The position numbers and the translations under genes were made by a program. Below the pieces are notes generated by a model that had not been told where the DNA came from, made no database searches, and saw nothing but the letters and a program-made list of their open reading frames with translations. 64,000 bases of DNA from a bacterium (lineage in GTDB: Bacteria; Acidobacteriota; Terriglobia; Bryobacterales; Bryobacteraceae), in assembly GCA_050260275.1 (NCBI GenBank), contig JBLNBX010000206.1, positions 40,653 to 104,652 of the forward strand, written 5' to 3'. Below, one piece after another: positions 35,804-44,470 of this stretch (within the stretch, counting starts at the first letter, position 1; every line of letters begins with the position of its first letter).

Positions 35804-38659
35804 TCACAGTGTCTTGAGGTACTCGATCAAATCGTTGAGCTGATCCTTCGTCATGTCGTTCGTCACGCCGTGAGTATCGTCGGGGTTGTAAACCGTCCAG
35901 ATCTCTTCGAGCGTGGCGGCCATGCCGTTGTGAAGATACGGCGCCGAGTCGTAGATGTTATTCAGGTGCGGCGTGTCGAACTTGCCCTGACGATCCGACG
36001 GCTGCTTGGTTCCGACGTCGTGCAAGCTGCGATCTGTGAAGTACGGCGGAAAGTGGCACGTGATACACCGGTTTTCCACCGGGATTTCGCGGCCATCGGT
36101 GGTCGTCGTACGCGCGAACAACGCCTTTCCGCGCCGTTGCGCGGGCGTCAGCGGAGCGCCGAGCGCCCGGTACCGGTTCGGCGGGCGTTCGATGGTGGTG
36201 ATGTAGTAGTCCACCGCGGCCAGCTCCTCGGGCGTGAACGGCGCAAGGCGCGTAAAGAATACGGCCAGCCTCGCTCCGCACTGCCGTGAAAGGCTCGGGT
36301 TCGTCCCTTCCCATTTGAAGGGAGCGGTGTCCAGTATGCCCCTTAGCGTGCGGTTATCCACCGGGCTCACCCCTATGCCGTCCCCCTCGATGTCGTACGT
36401 GATGCCGTCGATATGGCCATCCGGATGGCAGGAATGGCAGGAGTGCTGCCGGTGGAAAGTAATCCTCGCGTTGTGGAAGAGGAGCTCGCCCTTCCGCCGC
36501 TTCGTGATCTGCTTGGGCCCGCCGAGGTCGATGCGTCCGGCGGCCTCCATCTTTGCGAGGTCGATCACCGTCAGCGAGTCATCGAGCGTGTTAGCGACGT
36601 ACGCCACCCGGTTGTCCGGCGAAGCCAGGATTCCGCGAGGGCTGTCCTTAACGTCTATGTGCTTGATGACGAATTCGGTGGCGTAGCCAAGGTGATTGGG
36701 CAGGACGTGCTTTAGCTCGTAGGGCGTCGCGCGGCGGAGGATCGCCATCAGTTTCTCGAGATCCACAACCGCGACGCGGTTCGTGCCGGCGCTCGTGACG
36801 AGCGCATACCGCCCGTCGGGCGTGCAGGCGACGTCGGCGGCGTCCGCGAAGCCCATATCGGGCTCGTCGAGCAGCACCTGGTTCACTTCGCCGTCAGCGC
36901 GAATCAGCGCCAGACCGTTCGTGATGGTCCAGCCCTGCAGAAGGCGGGTCATGGGCACCAAGTTTTTGGTGCGGTTCATCGTCGCGACTGCGTACTCGCC
37001 GCTCGGGTGCCAGTCAATGCCCATCATCATGTTCGCGCCATCGACGACGTGGCGCTCGCTAACCACACCGCGGCCGGTTTCGATTTCAGTTACTTCCGAG
37101 ACGAAGGGTTCACGGAGGGGCGTGAACCGGGAGAGCATGTTTGTCACGAGCATCCTCGCGCCGTCCGGAGAAAGCGCCATCGACCACGGACCGCGGCTCG
37201 CGCTCAGCGTCTTCGTGTACTCGAGCTCCGCCACGTCGAACACCGTCATGTCTTCCGAGGAGGTGTTGAGGACGTACAGCATCCTGCCCTCGCGGTCCGT
37301 CATCAGGCCATGCGGCTCGTCGCCTACTTTCAGCGTCTGGATCACCTTTCGCGCATCCGCGTCGAGCACCGACACGGTGTCGTCATGACGATTGCTCGCG
37401 AAAGCGATCCGGCCGTCCGGCGTGAAGGTTACGTCCGCCGGCATGCGGCCTACAGGGATCTCCGCCACACGCTCCCGCGCGGCCGTGTCGACGACGATCA
37501 ACGAATCCGATCCCTCGCACGCCACCCACAGTTCCTTCGAGCCAGGCCGCAAAGCCATGTTGACAGGGTTCTTGTAGCGGACCTCCTCGGCGCCGCCGTT
37601 CGTGCTCGAAACCAGCGGTTTTGTAGGATGCGCGATTTTCTCCATACCCGCCGCGGCATCGAACTTCTCCCCGTGGCAGGTGCGGCAGGTTTCAGCCGAG
37701 GGCATCTTCAAGCCCGCTTGAACCGCCGCGCGCCGGTCGCGCATGATGGCTTCGGGCATATATTCAGAGCCCGGCCCGTGACACGCTTCACACCCCACGC
37801 CCTCGTCGGCGAGCGCCGTTTCGAGCCGGGGCGCGCCGTATCCGGTCGCGTGGCACCTCAGGCACTCCGGCGCTTCCGCCGGCTCTCCCTCGATGCCCTG
37901 CTTCGCGGCCTGTTCGTATGCCTTGGGAGAACTCAGGACCGCCCACGCCTGTGCGTGCGGGCTCATGCGCCAAAGGCTGTACTGGTGACCGTGCAGCTCG
38001 CCCCTATGGCACGAGCCGCACACCGCGGAGCCGACGTACTTGGGCCCGTCCGTCTTCTCCGGTTGCGGCAGCGCCGGGATGGAGCCCGTCGCGCGTTTCC
38101 CCTCCGGCAGAGGATAAGCGATCATCTCCCTGCCCTTCTTCATGTCCACCGGGGCGGTCTTGAGCACCGCTGCGTGCGAGCCTTTCTCGATGTGGCATCC
38201 CATGCAGAGCCGCTCGTCCGGCATTCTGAGGCCGTTCTCCATGGCGGCCTTCCTGTCGCGCATGATGTCCGCAGCCATGTACTCGCTGCCTGGGCCGTGG
38301 CACCTCTCGCACTGCACGCCTTCTTCGATGCGGAACGTGTCGTCCTTCTGCCACTCTTCCGCGTCGTACGCGGTGGCATGGCAGCCCAGGCAGATGGGCG
38401 ACTCCTGCGGTTTCTGGCGCAGCCCGCTGATCTCCGCAATTTGCCGCGATTCCGGACGGGCCAGCGCCGCCCAGGCGCGGCTGTGCTTGGAGTGCAGCCA
38501 CAGGCTGTACTGGTTGCCCATTCCGCCCCCGGTGTGACAGCTTCCGCACACGCGCGAGCCCACATAGACCGGCTTCTTGTTCGGCGCACCGTGAAGCGTC
38601 GCCACGGCGGCGACGGTCAGCGCCGCGCAAGCGCTAAACACCAGCGCAGCACGCTTCAT
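35804..38659 (-). CDS. Exported decaheme c-type cytochrome fusion: two tetraheme modules, a YVTN-type beta-propeller and a di-heme CCP/MauG-like C-terminus
   Basis: Ten CxxCH motifs: CGSCH, CLGCH, CERCH, CMGCH, CGSCH, CLRCH, CEACH, CRTCH, CHSCH, CITCH. The central region has propeller repeats (DSLIVVDTAARERV...VTFTPDGRIAFASNRHDDTVSVLD...). The C-terminus has FDTPHLNNIYDSAPYLHNG, typical of di-heme peroxidase/MauG proteins. Confidence 0.85.
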   Translation of the reverse strand: MKRAALVFSACAALTVAAVATLHGAPNKKPVYVGSRVCGSCHTGGGMGNQYSLWLHSKHSRAWAALARPESRQIAEISGLRQKPQESPICLGCHATAYDAEEWQKDDTFRIEEGVQCERCHGPGSEYMAADIMRDRKAAMENGLRMPDERLCMGCHIEKGSHAAVLKTAPVDMKKGREMIAYPLPEGKRATGSIPALPQPEKTDGPKYVGSAVCGSCHRGELHGHQYSLWRMSPHAQAWAVLSSPKAYEQAAKQGIEGEPAEAPECLRCHATGYGAPRLETALADEGVGCEACHGPGSEYMPEAIMRDRRAAVQAGLKMPSAETCRTCHGEKFDAAAGMEKIAHPTKPLVSSTNGGAEEVRYKNPVNMALRPGSKELWVACEGSDSLIVVDTAARERVAEIPVGRMPADVTFTPDGRIAFASNRHDDTVSVLDADARKVIQTLKVGDEPHGLMTDREGRMLYVLNTSSEDMTVFDVAELEYTKTLSASRGPWSMALSPDGARMLVTNMLSRFTPLREPFVSEVTEIETGRGVVSERHVVDGANMMMGIDWHPSGEYAVATMNRTKNLVPMTRLLQGWTITNGLALIRADGEVNQVLLDEPDMGFADAADVACTPDGRYALVTSAGTNRVAVVDLEKLMAILRRATPYELKHVLPNHLGYATEFVIKHIDVKDSPRGILASPDNRVAYVANTLDDSLTVIDLAKMEAAGRIDLGGPKQITKRRKGELLFHNARITFHRQHSCHSCHPDGHIDGITYDIEGDGIGVSPVDNRTLRGILDTAPFKWEGTNPSLSRQCGARLAVFFTRLAPFTPEELAAVDYYITTIERPPNRYRALGAPLTPAQRRGKALFARTTTTDGREIPVENRCITCHFPPYFTDRSLHDVGTKQPSDRQGKFDTPHLNNIYDSAPYLHNGMAATLEEIWTVYNPDDTHGVTNDMTKDQLNDLIEYLKTL

Positions 38660-40302
38660 CTCCTGGTCCCTCCGCTTGCCAGCGCGTCGTGCACCGGCTT
38701 CAAAGACTGGTTCGCCCTGACGTTCCCGATTTTTTCCACCTTCCCGTCCGGCCAGCGGATCTCGACTGTGGCTGATTCGTTCGCACCCAACCCGAAAAGC
38801 AGCCGACCGTCACCCTGCGACAGGTATCCGCGGACAGGAATGACATCCTCTACCTGCCTCAGAGTCCCAGTTGTGGCCGTCACGCGCGCGCCGATGGCCA
38901 GGCGCGATCCAGTAGGGAACCTCAGCAGAGGCTCGACTCTCAGCCAGTTGCCCGTCTGGTCTCCGCCGTCGTTGCGTAGAACCTTCGCCGGGGCGTTTAT
39001 GTTCACGATGACCAGGTCGGTATCGCCGTCGTTGTCAATGTCGCCCCAGGCCGCCCCGCGGCCGACGTATTTCTCGAAAAAGTACGTCCCCGACAACTGC
39101 GACACATCCTCGAACGTGCCGTCGCCGCGATTTCGCGCCAGCGTGTCTTCCTGCACGTACTCGTGGTGCGCGTTGCCGTGCGTAGTGAAGATGTCGAGCC
39201 AGCCGTCGTTGTCGTAGTCGAGCAGTATGCCGGCCCAGCCGGCGTACTGGCCCATCATCTGCGCCAGGCCGGACTGCACCGACCGGTGCTGCCATAGCCC
39301 CGGCCTCACCCCAACAAGCAGGCTGTTGTAGTTCAGGTCGGGAATGTAGATGTCGGGCAAGCCATCGCGGTTGACATCGCCCACGAACGGCCCCATGGAC
39401 GCGACGTTCTGTCCGTTTTCGCCGAACGCCGTGCCCGCATCGACCGAGCGCTCGATGTACGTTCCGTCCGGCAAGGCTTCGAAGTGGTCGTTCTCCATCG
39501 AGTCGTTCGTGACGAACACGTCGAGGCGCCCGTCGTTGTTCAGGTCGGCCACGGTCACGCTCATGCCGCGCCCGTCCGGCTTCCACATTCCGACTTCTTT
39601 AGTGACGTCGGTGAATGTGCCGTCTCCGTTATTGCGGAACAGAAAGTCCGGCTCGCCGTTGTAGCTCAGCGGCCCGGGATAGCCCGCGGCCGGATAGAAA
39701 TCGCGGAACTTGCCATCGTCGTAGGTAAGGTAGTTGCAGACGTAGACATCGAGCCAGCCGTCGTTGTTGTAGTCGTACCAGACTGCGGAGATGCTCCAGT
39801 GCGTAGCATCCGCCAGACCCGCCTGTTCTCCAACCTCGGTGAACGTTCCGTCGCCGTTGTTCCGATACAGCAGGTTAGGACCGTAGTTCAGAACATACAG
39901 ATCCTCATCCCCGTCATTGTCGTAGTCCGCTGCCGAGCAGCCCGTCGAGAAGATCCCCTTGCCGTCCACGCCCGCCTGGGCCGTCACGTCGGTAAATGTG
40001 CCGTCGCCGTTGTTCCTGTAGAGCTTGTTAGACAGCTTGCCCCGCAGGTCGCGCCCCTCGTTGTCGCTGACGCCCTTAGTCCACTTCCCGGTGACGAAAT
40101 AGATATCGAGCAGGCCGTCATTGTTATAGTCGAACAGGCACACGCCGGCGCCCGTTCCCTCGACTATGTTGTCCATGTGACGGTCGCCATACGAGTACCG
40201 GAATGTGATGCCGGCCTGCTCGGTGATGTCCGTAAAGACCGGGAGTTTCTTTTCTCCAGCGGCCGAAAGCACAGCCAGCGCCGAGATCAGTAAGAGCCTC
40301 AT
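38656..40302 (-). CDS. CRTAC1-family protein (FG-GAP/VCBS repeats plus ASPIC/UnbV C-terminal domain), exported
   Basis: The start at MRLLLISALAVLSAAG (40302) overlaps the upstream TGA (ATGA). Repeated FDYNNDGxLDIYV / LYRNNGDGTFTDVT units are followed by the C-terminal AIGARVTATTG...RGYLSQGDGRLLFGLG...VEIRWPDGK. The ORF is open to 40605. Confidence 0.85.
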   Translation of the reverse strand: MRLLLISALAVLSAAGEKKLPVFTDITEQAGITFRYSYGDRHMDNIVEGTGAGVCLFDYNNDGLLDIYFVTGKWTKGVSDNEGRDLRGKLSNKLYRNNGDGTFTDVTAQAGVDGKGIFSTGCSAADYDNDGDEDLYVLNYGPNLLYRNNGDGTFTEVGEQAGLADATHWSISAVWYDYNNDGWLDVYVCNYLTYDDGKFRDFYPAAGYPGPLSYNGEPDFLFRNNGDGTFTDVTKEVGMWKPDGRGMSVTVADLNNDGRLDVFVTNDSMENDHFEALPDGTYIERSVDAGTAFGENGQNVASMGPFVGDVNRDGLPDIYIPDLNYNSLLVGVRPGLWQHRSVQSGLAQMMGQYAGWAGILLDYDNDGWLDIFTTHGNAHHEYVQEDTLARNRGDGTFEDVSQLSGTYFFEKYVGRGAAWGDIDNDGDTDLVIVNINAPAKVLRNDGGDQTGNWLRVEPLLRFPTGSRLAIGARVTATTGTLRQVEDVIPVRGYLSQGDGRLLFGLGANESATVEIRWPDGKVEKIGNVRANQSLKPVHDALASGGTRR

Positions 40303-42131
40303 CGCTTCCCTCCCGCCGCGCCGTCCGGCAATGCAGTGAAGTGAGCGCCCAGGTCGATCCACTCGACAATGGTCCGCTTCTCGTCGTCGGTCAACTGGGC
40401 CGATCCTGGCGGCGGCATCGGTTCGGGCGCTGGGGAATTCGCCTCGGCGTCCCATGGCCGTGACGTGTTCCTGCCGTTCAGCATCCAGACCAGACGGCTG
40501 GTCCGGGCGCGCCCGGGCGTCGTAAGTCTCCACAACTCGCCATAGATGGATCGCGAATCCCCGGCCAGCCTGGTTGTCGTCATGTCGCCGTGGCACTCCG
40601 CGCACTTCGCCCTGATGATGGGCTCGACATCGCGCGCGAATTCGATGGCGCGGCGGCGCTCAGGAGGCAGCGTCAGTTTCGGCGCTGGGTGAAGGAGCGC
40701 TTTTGCCATCACGTTCTCGGGAGTGCGCTCCCCGTCCTCGTGACAGCCGATGCAGCCCCGCTGCTCCTTGTTCTTTGCCCACATCCAGGACGTGGACCGG
40801 ATGGACATTCCGTTCTCGTCCAGAACCTGGAGCTGTATTGGGATATTCGGAGGAACCTCGATCTGAAACGAGCCGTCTTCGTCGAGGTCGATCTCGCCCA
40901 GGAACCTGCGCCGAAGCGTCTTCGATTTCGTGCCCGTGTCGTCTCCTTTGGCGGGAACGCCCTCGAGCACGCGGAGGCGCCGGGCCATCCCCGGCTGGAA
41001 CACGTCCCGGCCGAGATCGCTGTCGTACACGCTCAGGCAGTACAGCTTCGACCAGTCGGCATCGTCCTCCACGACGGACGAATGCGCGTCAGGTTCCTCC
41101 CGTGCAACCAGCGCGCGCGCCTGGATGGCGTGAGCATTCGGGGTCCGGAACACCAGCGTCAGGTTTCCCGTGTCCGGCTCGTAGCGGTACACGCCGTGCG
41201 TTCCACCCGGCGCCCGGCGCGACATGAGCACCGAGCCATCCGGCAGCGCCGAAGGCGAATGGAACAACCCTTGTTCGGGCGAGGTAAGCCGCCGGTACGA
41301 TTTCAGACTCCGTCGCAGCGTCACGCTCGCCAGCGCACCCGCGCCGTCCCAGGCTTTTTCATCCGGTTCGACAAACATCACCACGCGCTTTGCCGTTACA
41401 ACCGGCATGGCTTTGAGCCGCGCGCCCTGCGAGCCCGAGAACGCCGCGAAATCCACCCCGTCGTTATGAACGCCGAACAACTCTATCAGGGTTCGCGCGG
41501 AGCGCCCCATCCAACTCGCGAACAGAAGCCGTCCATCCGGCATCACCACCGGATCGAAACTGCTGGATGCCGTATAGGTCAGGCGCCGCAGCCCGCTGCC
41601 GTCCTCGCGGACGGTGTACAGGCTTGTGGCCGGCGCGCCGCCATACTCGGCGCGCTCTCCCGCGAGGTCGCTCACGAACGCGATCTGGCGAACCGGCGCA
41701 GGGTCGTTCAAGTAGAAAATCGGCGACGTGTATACGGGATTCCGGCAGTTGCCCGCGTCGCGCGTCACCTGGCGGACGCCGGAGCCGTCGGCGTTCATTT
41801 CGAAGATGTTCCAGGCGTCTCCGGGCGCGCGCTTCGCGGCAAACAGGATGCGCTTCCCGTCGAACGAGATCTCCGGGTCCGCGGCGCTCGCAAAACCGCG
41901 CGTCAACACGCGCTCGCCGCCGGCAGGCAGGCGCAGAACGATGCTTCCGCCCTCGCCGTAGCCGCGCAAGCTAGCGCCTTCGGTGGGACGCCACTCGCCG
42001 GCCGCGGCCGCCGGAAGGCGCGTGTACACGATCGGAAAGGCGGCGCCGGGATCGCGCTTTGCGGGCTGCTGGCAAATCAGAGCGGCGGCGGATACTGCGA
42101 TCAAAACAGGTAACTTAGCGCCTTGCGCCAT
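40299..42131 (-). CDS. Exported TolB/PD40-like beta-propeller protein with a C-terminal di-heme cytochrome c region
   Basis: Signal peptide plus PD40-like units (PEISFDGKRILFAAKR...WNIFEMNADGSGVRQVT, LYTVREDGSGLRRLTY, PVVMPDGRLLFASW). The C-terminus has CIGCHEDGERTPEN and CAECHGD. Confidence 0.75.
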   Translation of the reverse strand: MAQGAKLPVLIAVSAAALICQQPAKRDPGAAFPIVYTRLPAAAAGEWRPTEGASLRGYGEGGSIVLRLPAGGERVLTRGFASAADPEISFDGKRILFAAKRAPGDAWNIFEMNADGSGVRQVTRDAGNCRNPVYTSPIFYLNDPAPVRQIAFVSDLAGERAEYGGAPATSLYTVREDGSGLRRLTYTASSSFDPVVMPDGRLLFASWMGRSARTLIELFGVHNDGVDFAAFSGSQGARLKAMPVVTAKRVVMFVEPDEKAWDGAGALASVTLRRSLKSYRRLTSPEQGLFHSPSALPDGSVLMSRRAPGGTHGVYRYEPDTGNLTLVFRTPNAHAIQARALVAREEPDAHSSVVEDDADWSKLYCLSVYDSDLGRDVFQPGMARRLRVLEGVPAKGDDTGTKSKTLRRRFLGEIDLDEDGSFQIEVPPNIPIQLQVLDENGMSIRSTSWMWAKNKEQRGCIGCHEDGERTPENVMAKALLHPAPKLTLPPERRRAIEFARDVEPIIRAKCAECHGDMTTTRLAGDSRSIYGELWRLTTPGRARTSRLVWMLNGRNTSRPWDAEANSPAPEPMPPPGSAQLTDDEKRTIVEWIDLGAHFTALPDGAAGGKR

Positions 42132-42176
42132 GCAAGTAGACCTCTGCCGCGCGTATGCTGCTGGGAAGCGCTGGCG

Positions 42177-42671
42177 CTAGTTGCCTGGGCCGTTGCGCTT
42201 GAACATCGCAATGGCCTCGATCTCAACCAGCAGTTCCGGGCGGCACAGCTTCGCCTGGATACCCGTCGATGCTGGGAGAGGGTTCAGACCCTGTTCTGTG
42301 TAAAACCGGGTCCGCTCCTCGTTGAACGCGGCGTAGTCGCGGTCGATGTCGCGAAGGTAACACGTAGTCCGCACGACGTCTTTCCAGGTGGCGCCCTCGG
42401 ACTCGAGCAGTTTCGTGATGTTGTAGAACGTTCTGCGGCACTGCGCGCGGAAATTTCCGACGTGCACGGATGCCCCGTTCTCATCCACGCTCGCGGTCCC
42501 GGAAATAAACAGAATGGAGAGCCCGTTTAGATCAATGCGGATGCCGCGCGAGAAAGAACTCGGCTTGGCGTATTCATAGGCTTCGTTAAGCACCTCGGGA
42601 TTACTGATGGCCTTCTTGGGGATGCTCGTAACGCCTGCCGCCAGTTCACCGAGAACGTCGCTGATGGTCAT
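42177..42671 (-). CDS. RidA/YjgF/L-PSP family protein
   Basis: LFISGTASVDENGASVHVGNFRAQCRRTFYNITKLLESEGATWKDVVRTTCYLRDI...ELLVEIEAIAMF is the RidA-family core. The start is taken at MTISDV (42671); the ORF is open to 42719. Its stop lies 45 nt before the next gene on the same strand. Confidence 0.85.
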   Translation of the reverse strand: MTISDVLGELAAGVTSIPKKAISNPEVLNEAYEYAKPSSFSRGIRIDLNGLSILFISGTASVDENGASVHVGNFRAQCRRTFYNITKLLESEGATWKDVVRTTCYLRDIDRDYAAFNEERTRFYTEQGLNPLPASTGIQAKLCRPELLVEIEAIAMFKRNGPGN

Positions 42672-42775
42672 GGTATGAAGTCTCCTCGTGTCCGCCCACA
42701 CGCCTCCCGCAGACGACACATACGGTGCTGTGACCGGAACTAACTCCCTAAACCCTGGACTAACCTTTTACAGCG

Positions 42776-42864
42776 CCGGATTATAGCATCCGGGTATTCG
42801 GGTGTGAATACCTTAAATAAACTAAGCAAAATGAGTTAGCCGGTTGGGCTCGCTTCGCAACCGG
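42776..42864. promoter_or_regulatory. Three perfect short hairpins in the lower-GC divergent control region between ridA and the sensor kinase
   Basis: Hairpin 1: ccggat-tatagc-atccgg (42776..42793). Hairpin 2: ggtattc-gggtgt-gaatacc (42793..42812). Hairpin 3: ccggttg-N11-caaccgg (42840..42864). An AT-rich stretch, ttaaataaactaagcaaaatgagtta, lies between hairpins 2 and 3. Confidence 0.3.
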
Positions 42865-43123
42865 ATTTGCATACAACGCAAGGGGGTGCCGGCGCCGCCT
42901 GCTCCGGGGCTTCCAGCGCGGGAGCGATGTTAATAACGATAAACCTCTGCGAGAGGCGCGAAAGGCCCCGGCCGGCAAAGACCCGTTCGCCAGCGCCCGG
43001 TTGCCGCACACCAGTATGATGGCCCACGGGCCAGCAGCGGCTCGGGAGCTTGTCTAAACCGGAAACTTGACCACGCGGCGCTACTATGCTTTAGATTAGG
43101 CTGCTGGACACAAGTCGTCGCAC

Positions 43124-44470
43124 ATGCGCCCACACGTCGCCTCGCCGACAAACCGGCTGCTTTTCGGACTGGCCGTTACCCTGGGCGCGGTCGCCGTGTT
43201 CTCGCTGTTCGCGCTGCGGCAACTCGACGGCCTCCGTGGGCTCCAGACCGGCATCGTCGACCGCAACCGCAAGGACTCGCTGCAACTGCTGCGCATCCAG
43301 AACAATCTCAACTCTCTCGGGCTGGCCATGCGCGACATGCTCGACAATGACGAGCCCTATCCGCTTTCGGCCTTCCGCGCCCAGTTCGCCCGCATCCGGG
43401 TGAATCTCGATGACGCGCTCAGGCTCGAGTCCGAGCACGCTCCGCTGGCGCGCGCTCCCGGGCGCCAGCAGTACGTAGTGCGCTCCCTCGCGCAGTTCTG
43501 GACCACGGTGGACCGCCTATTTGAGATCGTCGACTCCGATCCCGCTGCGGCGCGCGCCCTCATCCTGAACACGCTTCAGCCGCAGCAGGCGGCACTGACG
43601 AATACGGTGGCGCGGCTGCTGGTGGAAAACAACGAGATCGAACAGCAGGCGACGGAGCAGATCCAGGCTATGTACACGCGTTCAGAGAGGCAAATCTACG
43701 TTCTCCTGATCGCGGTCATCCTGACCATCTCCGTAACCAGCCTGCACCTCATCAGAAGCAACCGCCGGGTTCTCGAGAGCCTGGCCGAGGTATCCGAACA
43801 CCGCAGCGAGCTGGCGCGCAGGCTCATCTCCGTGCAGGAAGAGGTGCTGCACTCGATTTCCCGCGAGCTGCACGACGAGTTCGGACAGATCCTGACCGCG
43901 CTCGGCGCCATGCTGCGGCGGGCGCAGAAACGGCTGCCGCCGGATTCGCCTTTTCACGAGGATGTCGATGAGGTCCGCGCCGTAGCGCAGGCTACTCTCG
44001 AGAAGGTCCGCAGCCTGTCCCAGACGCTCCACCCGGCGATTCTCGACGACGGCGGCCTCGAGAAGGCGATCGACTGGTACGTCGAAGTCTTTGAAAAACA
44101 GACCGGCATCGCCGTCAACTACGAAAAGGCGGGGACGAGTCCCTCGCTCACCAATCGCATCGCCATCAACGTCTACCGCGTCCTGCAGGAGGCGCTGAAC
44201 AACCTCGCCAAGCACTCCGGGGCGAGCCAGGCCTGGGTGCGCGTAAGCTTCGGCCCCGAACGCCTCCGTCTGGAGGTTGAGGACCATGGCGTCGGGATGC
44301 CGCTCGACCGCGGCGGATTGCCGCGTGGTACCGGGCTCGTTGCGATGCGAGAGCGCGCCCAGCTCCTACACGGGCGCATCGAATACCTCAAGCCGCCGGG
44401 CGAGCGGGGAATGCTGGTCCGGCTCGATGTTCCGATCGCCGATTCCGAGGTGGCGGCGTATGCAGACTGA
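43124..44470 (+). CDS. Sensor histidine kinase, NarX/LiaS type (HisKA_3 plus HATPase_c)
   Basis: Has an N-terminal TM, a sensor region, a second TM (IYVLLIAVILTISVTSL), an H-box (ISRELHDEFGQILTAL), an N-box (VLQEALNNLAKHS) and a G-box (DHGVGM...GTGLVAMRERA). Confidence 0.9.
   Translation: MRPHVASPTNRLLFGLAVTLGAVAVFSLFALRQLDGLRGLQTGIVDRNRKDSLQLLRIQNNLNSLGLAMRDMLDNDEPYPLSAFRAQFARIRVNLDDALRLESEHAPLARAPGRQQYVVRSLAQFWTTVDRLFEIVDSDPAAARALILNTLQPQQAALTNTVARLLVENNEIEQQATEQIQAMYTRSERQIYVLLIAVILTISVTSLHLIRSNRRVLESLAEVSEHRSELARRLISVQEEVLHSISRELHDEFGQILTALGAMLRRAQKRLPPDSPFHEDVDEVRAVAQATLEKVRSLSQTLHPAILDDGGLEKAIDWYVEVFEKQTGIAVNYEKAGTSPSLTNRIAINVYRVLQEALNNLAKHSGASQAWVRVSFGPERLRLEVEDHGVGMPLDRGGLPRGTGLVAMRERAQLLHGRIEYLKPPGERGMLVRLDVPIADSEVAAYAD

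Noticed and set aside
37007-39217. 736-aa plus-strand ORF
   Set aside because: It is antisense to the decaheme and CRTAC1 genes. Its composition is Arg/Ala/His-rich with no motifs.
40590-42113. 507-aa plus-strand ORF, and the 38656..40605 long form of CRTAC1
   Set aside because: The plus-strand ORF is antisense to the TolB-like gene. The CRTAC1 extension upstream of 40302 overlaps that gene, whereas the Met at 40302 gives a signal peptide and an ATGA junction.
43067-43097. Sigma70-type promoter TTGACC-N19-TAGATT upstream of the sensor kinase
   Set aside because: The -35 is good, but the -10 matches only 4 of 6 positions and the spacing is suboptimal. It is too weak to list as a feature and is mentioned only within the control-region finding.
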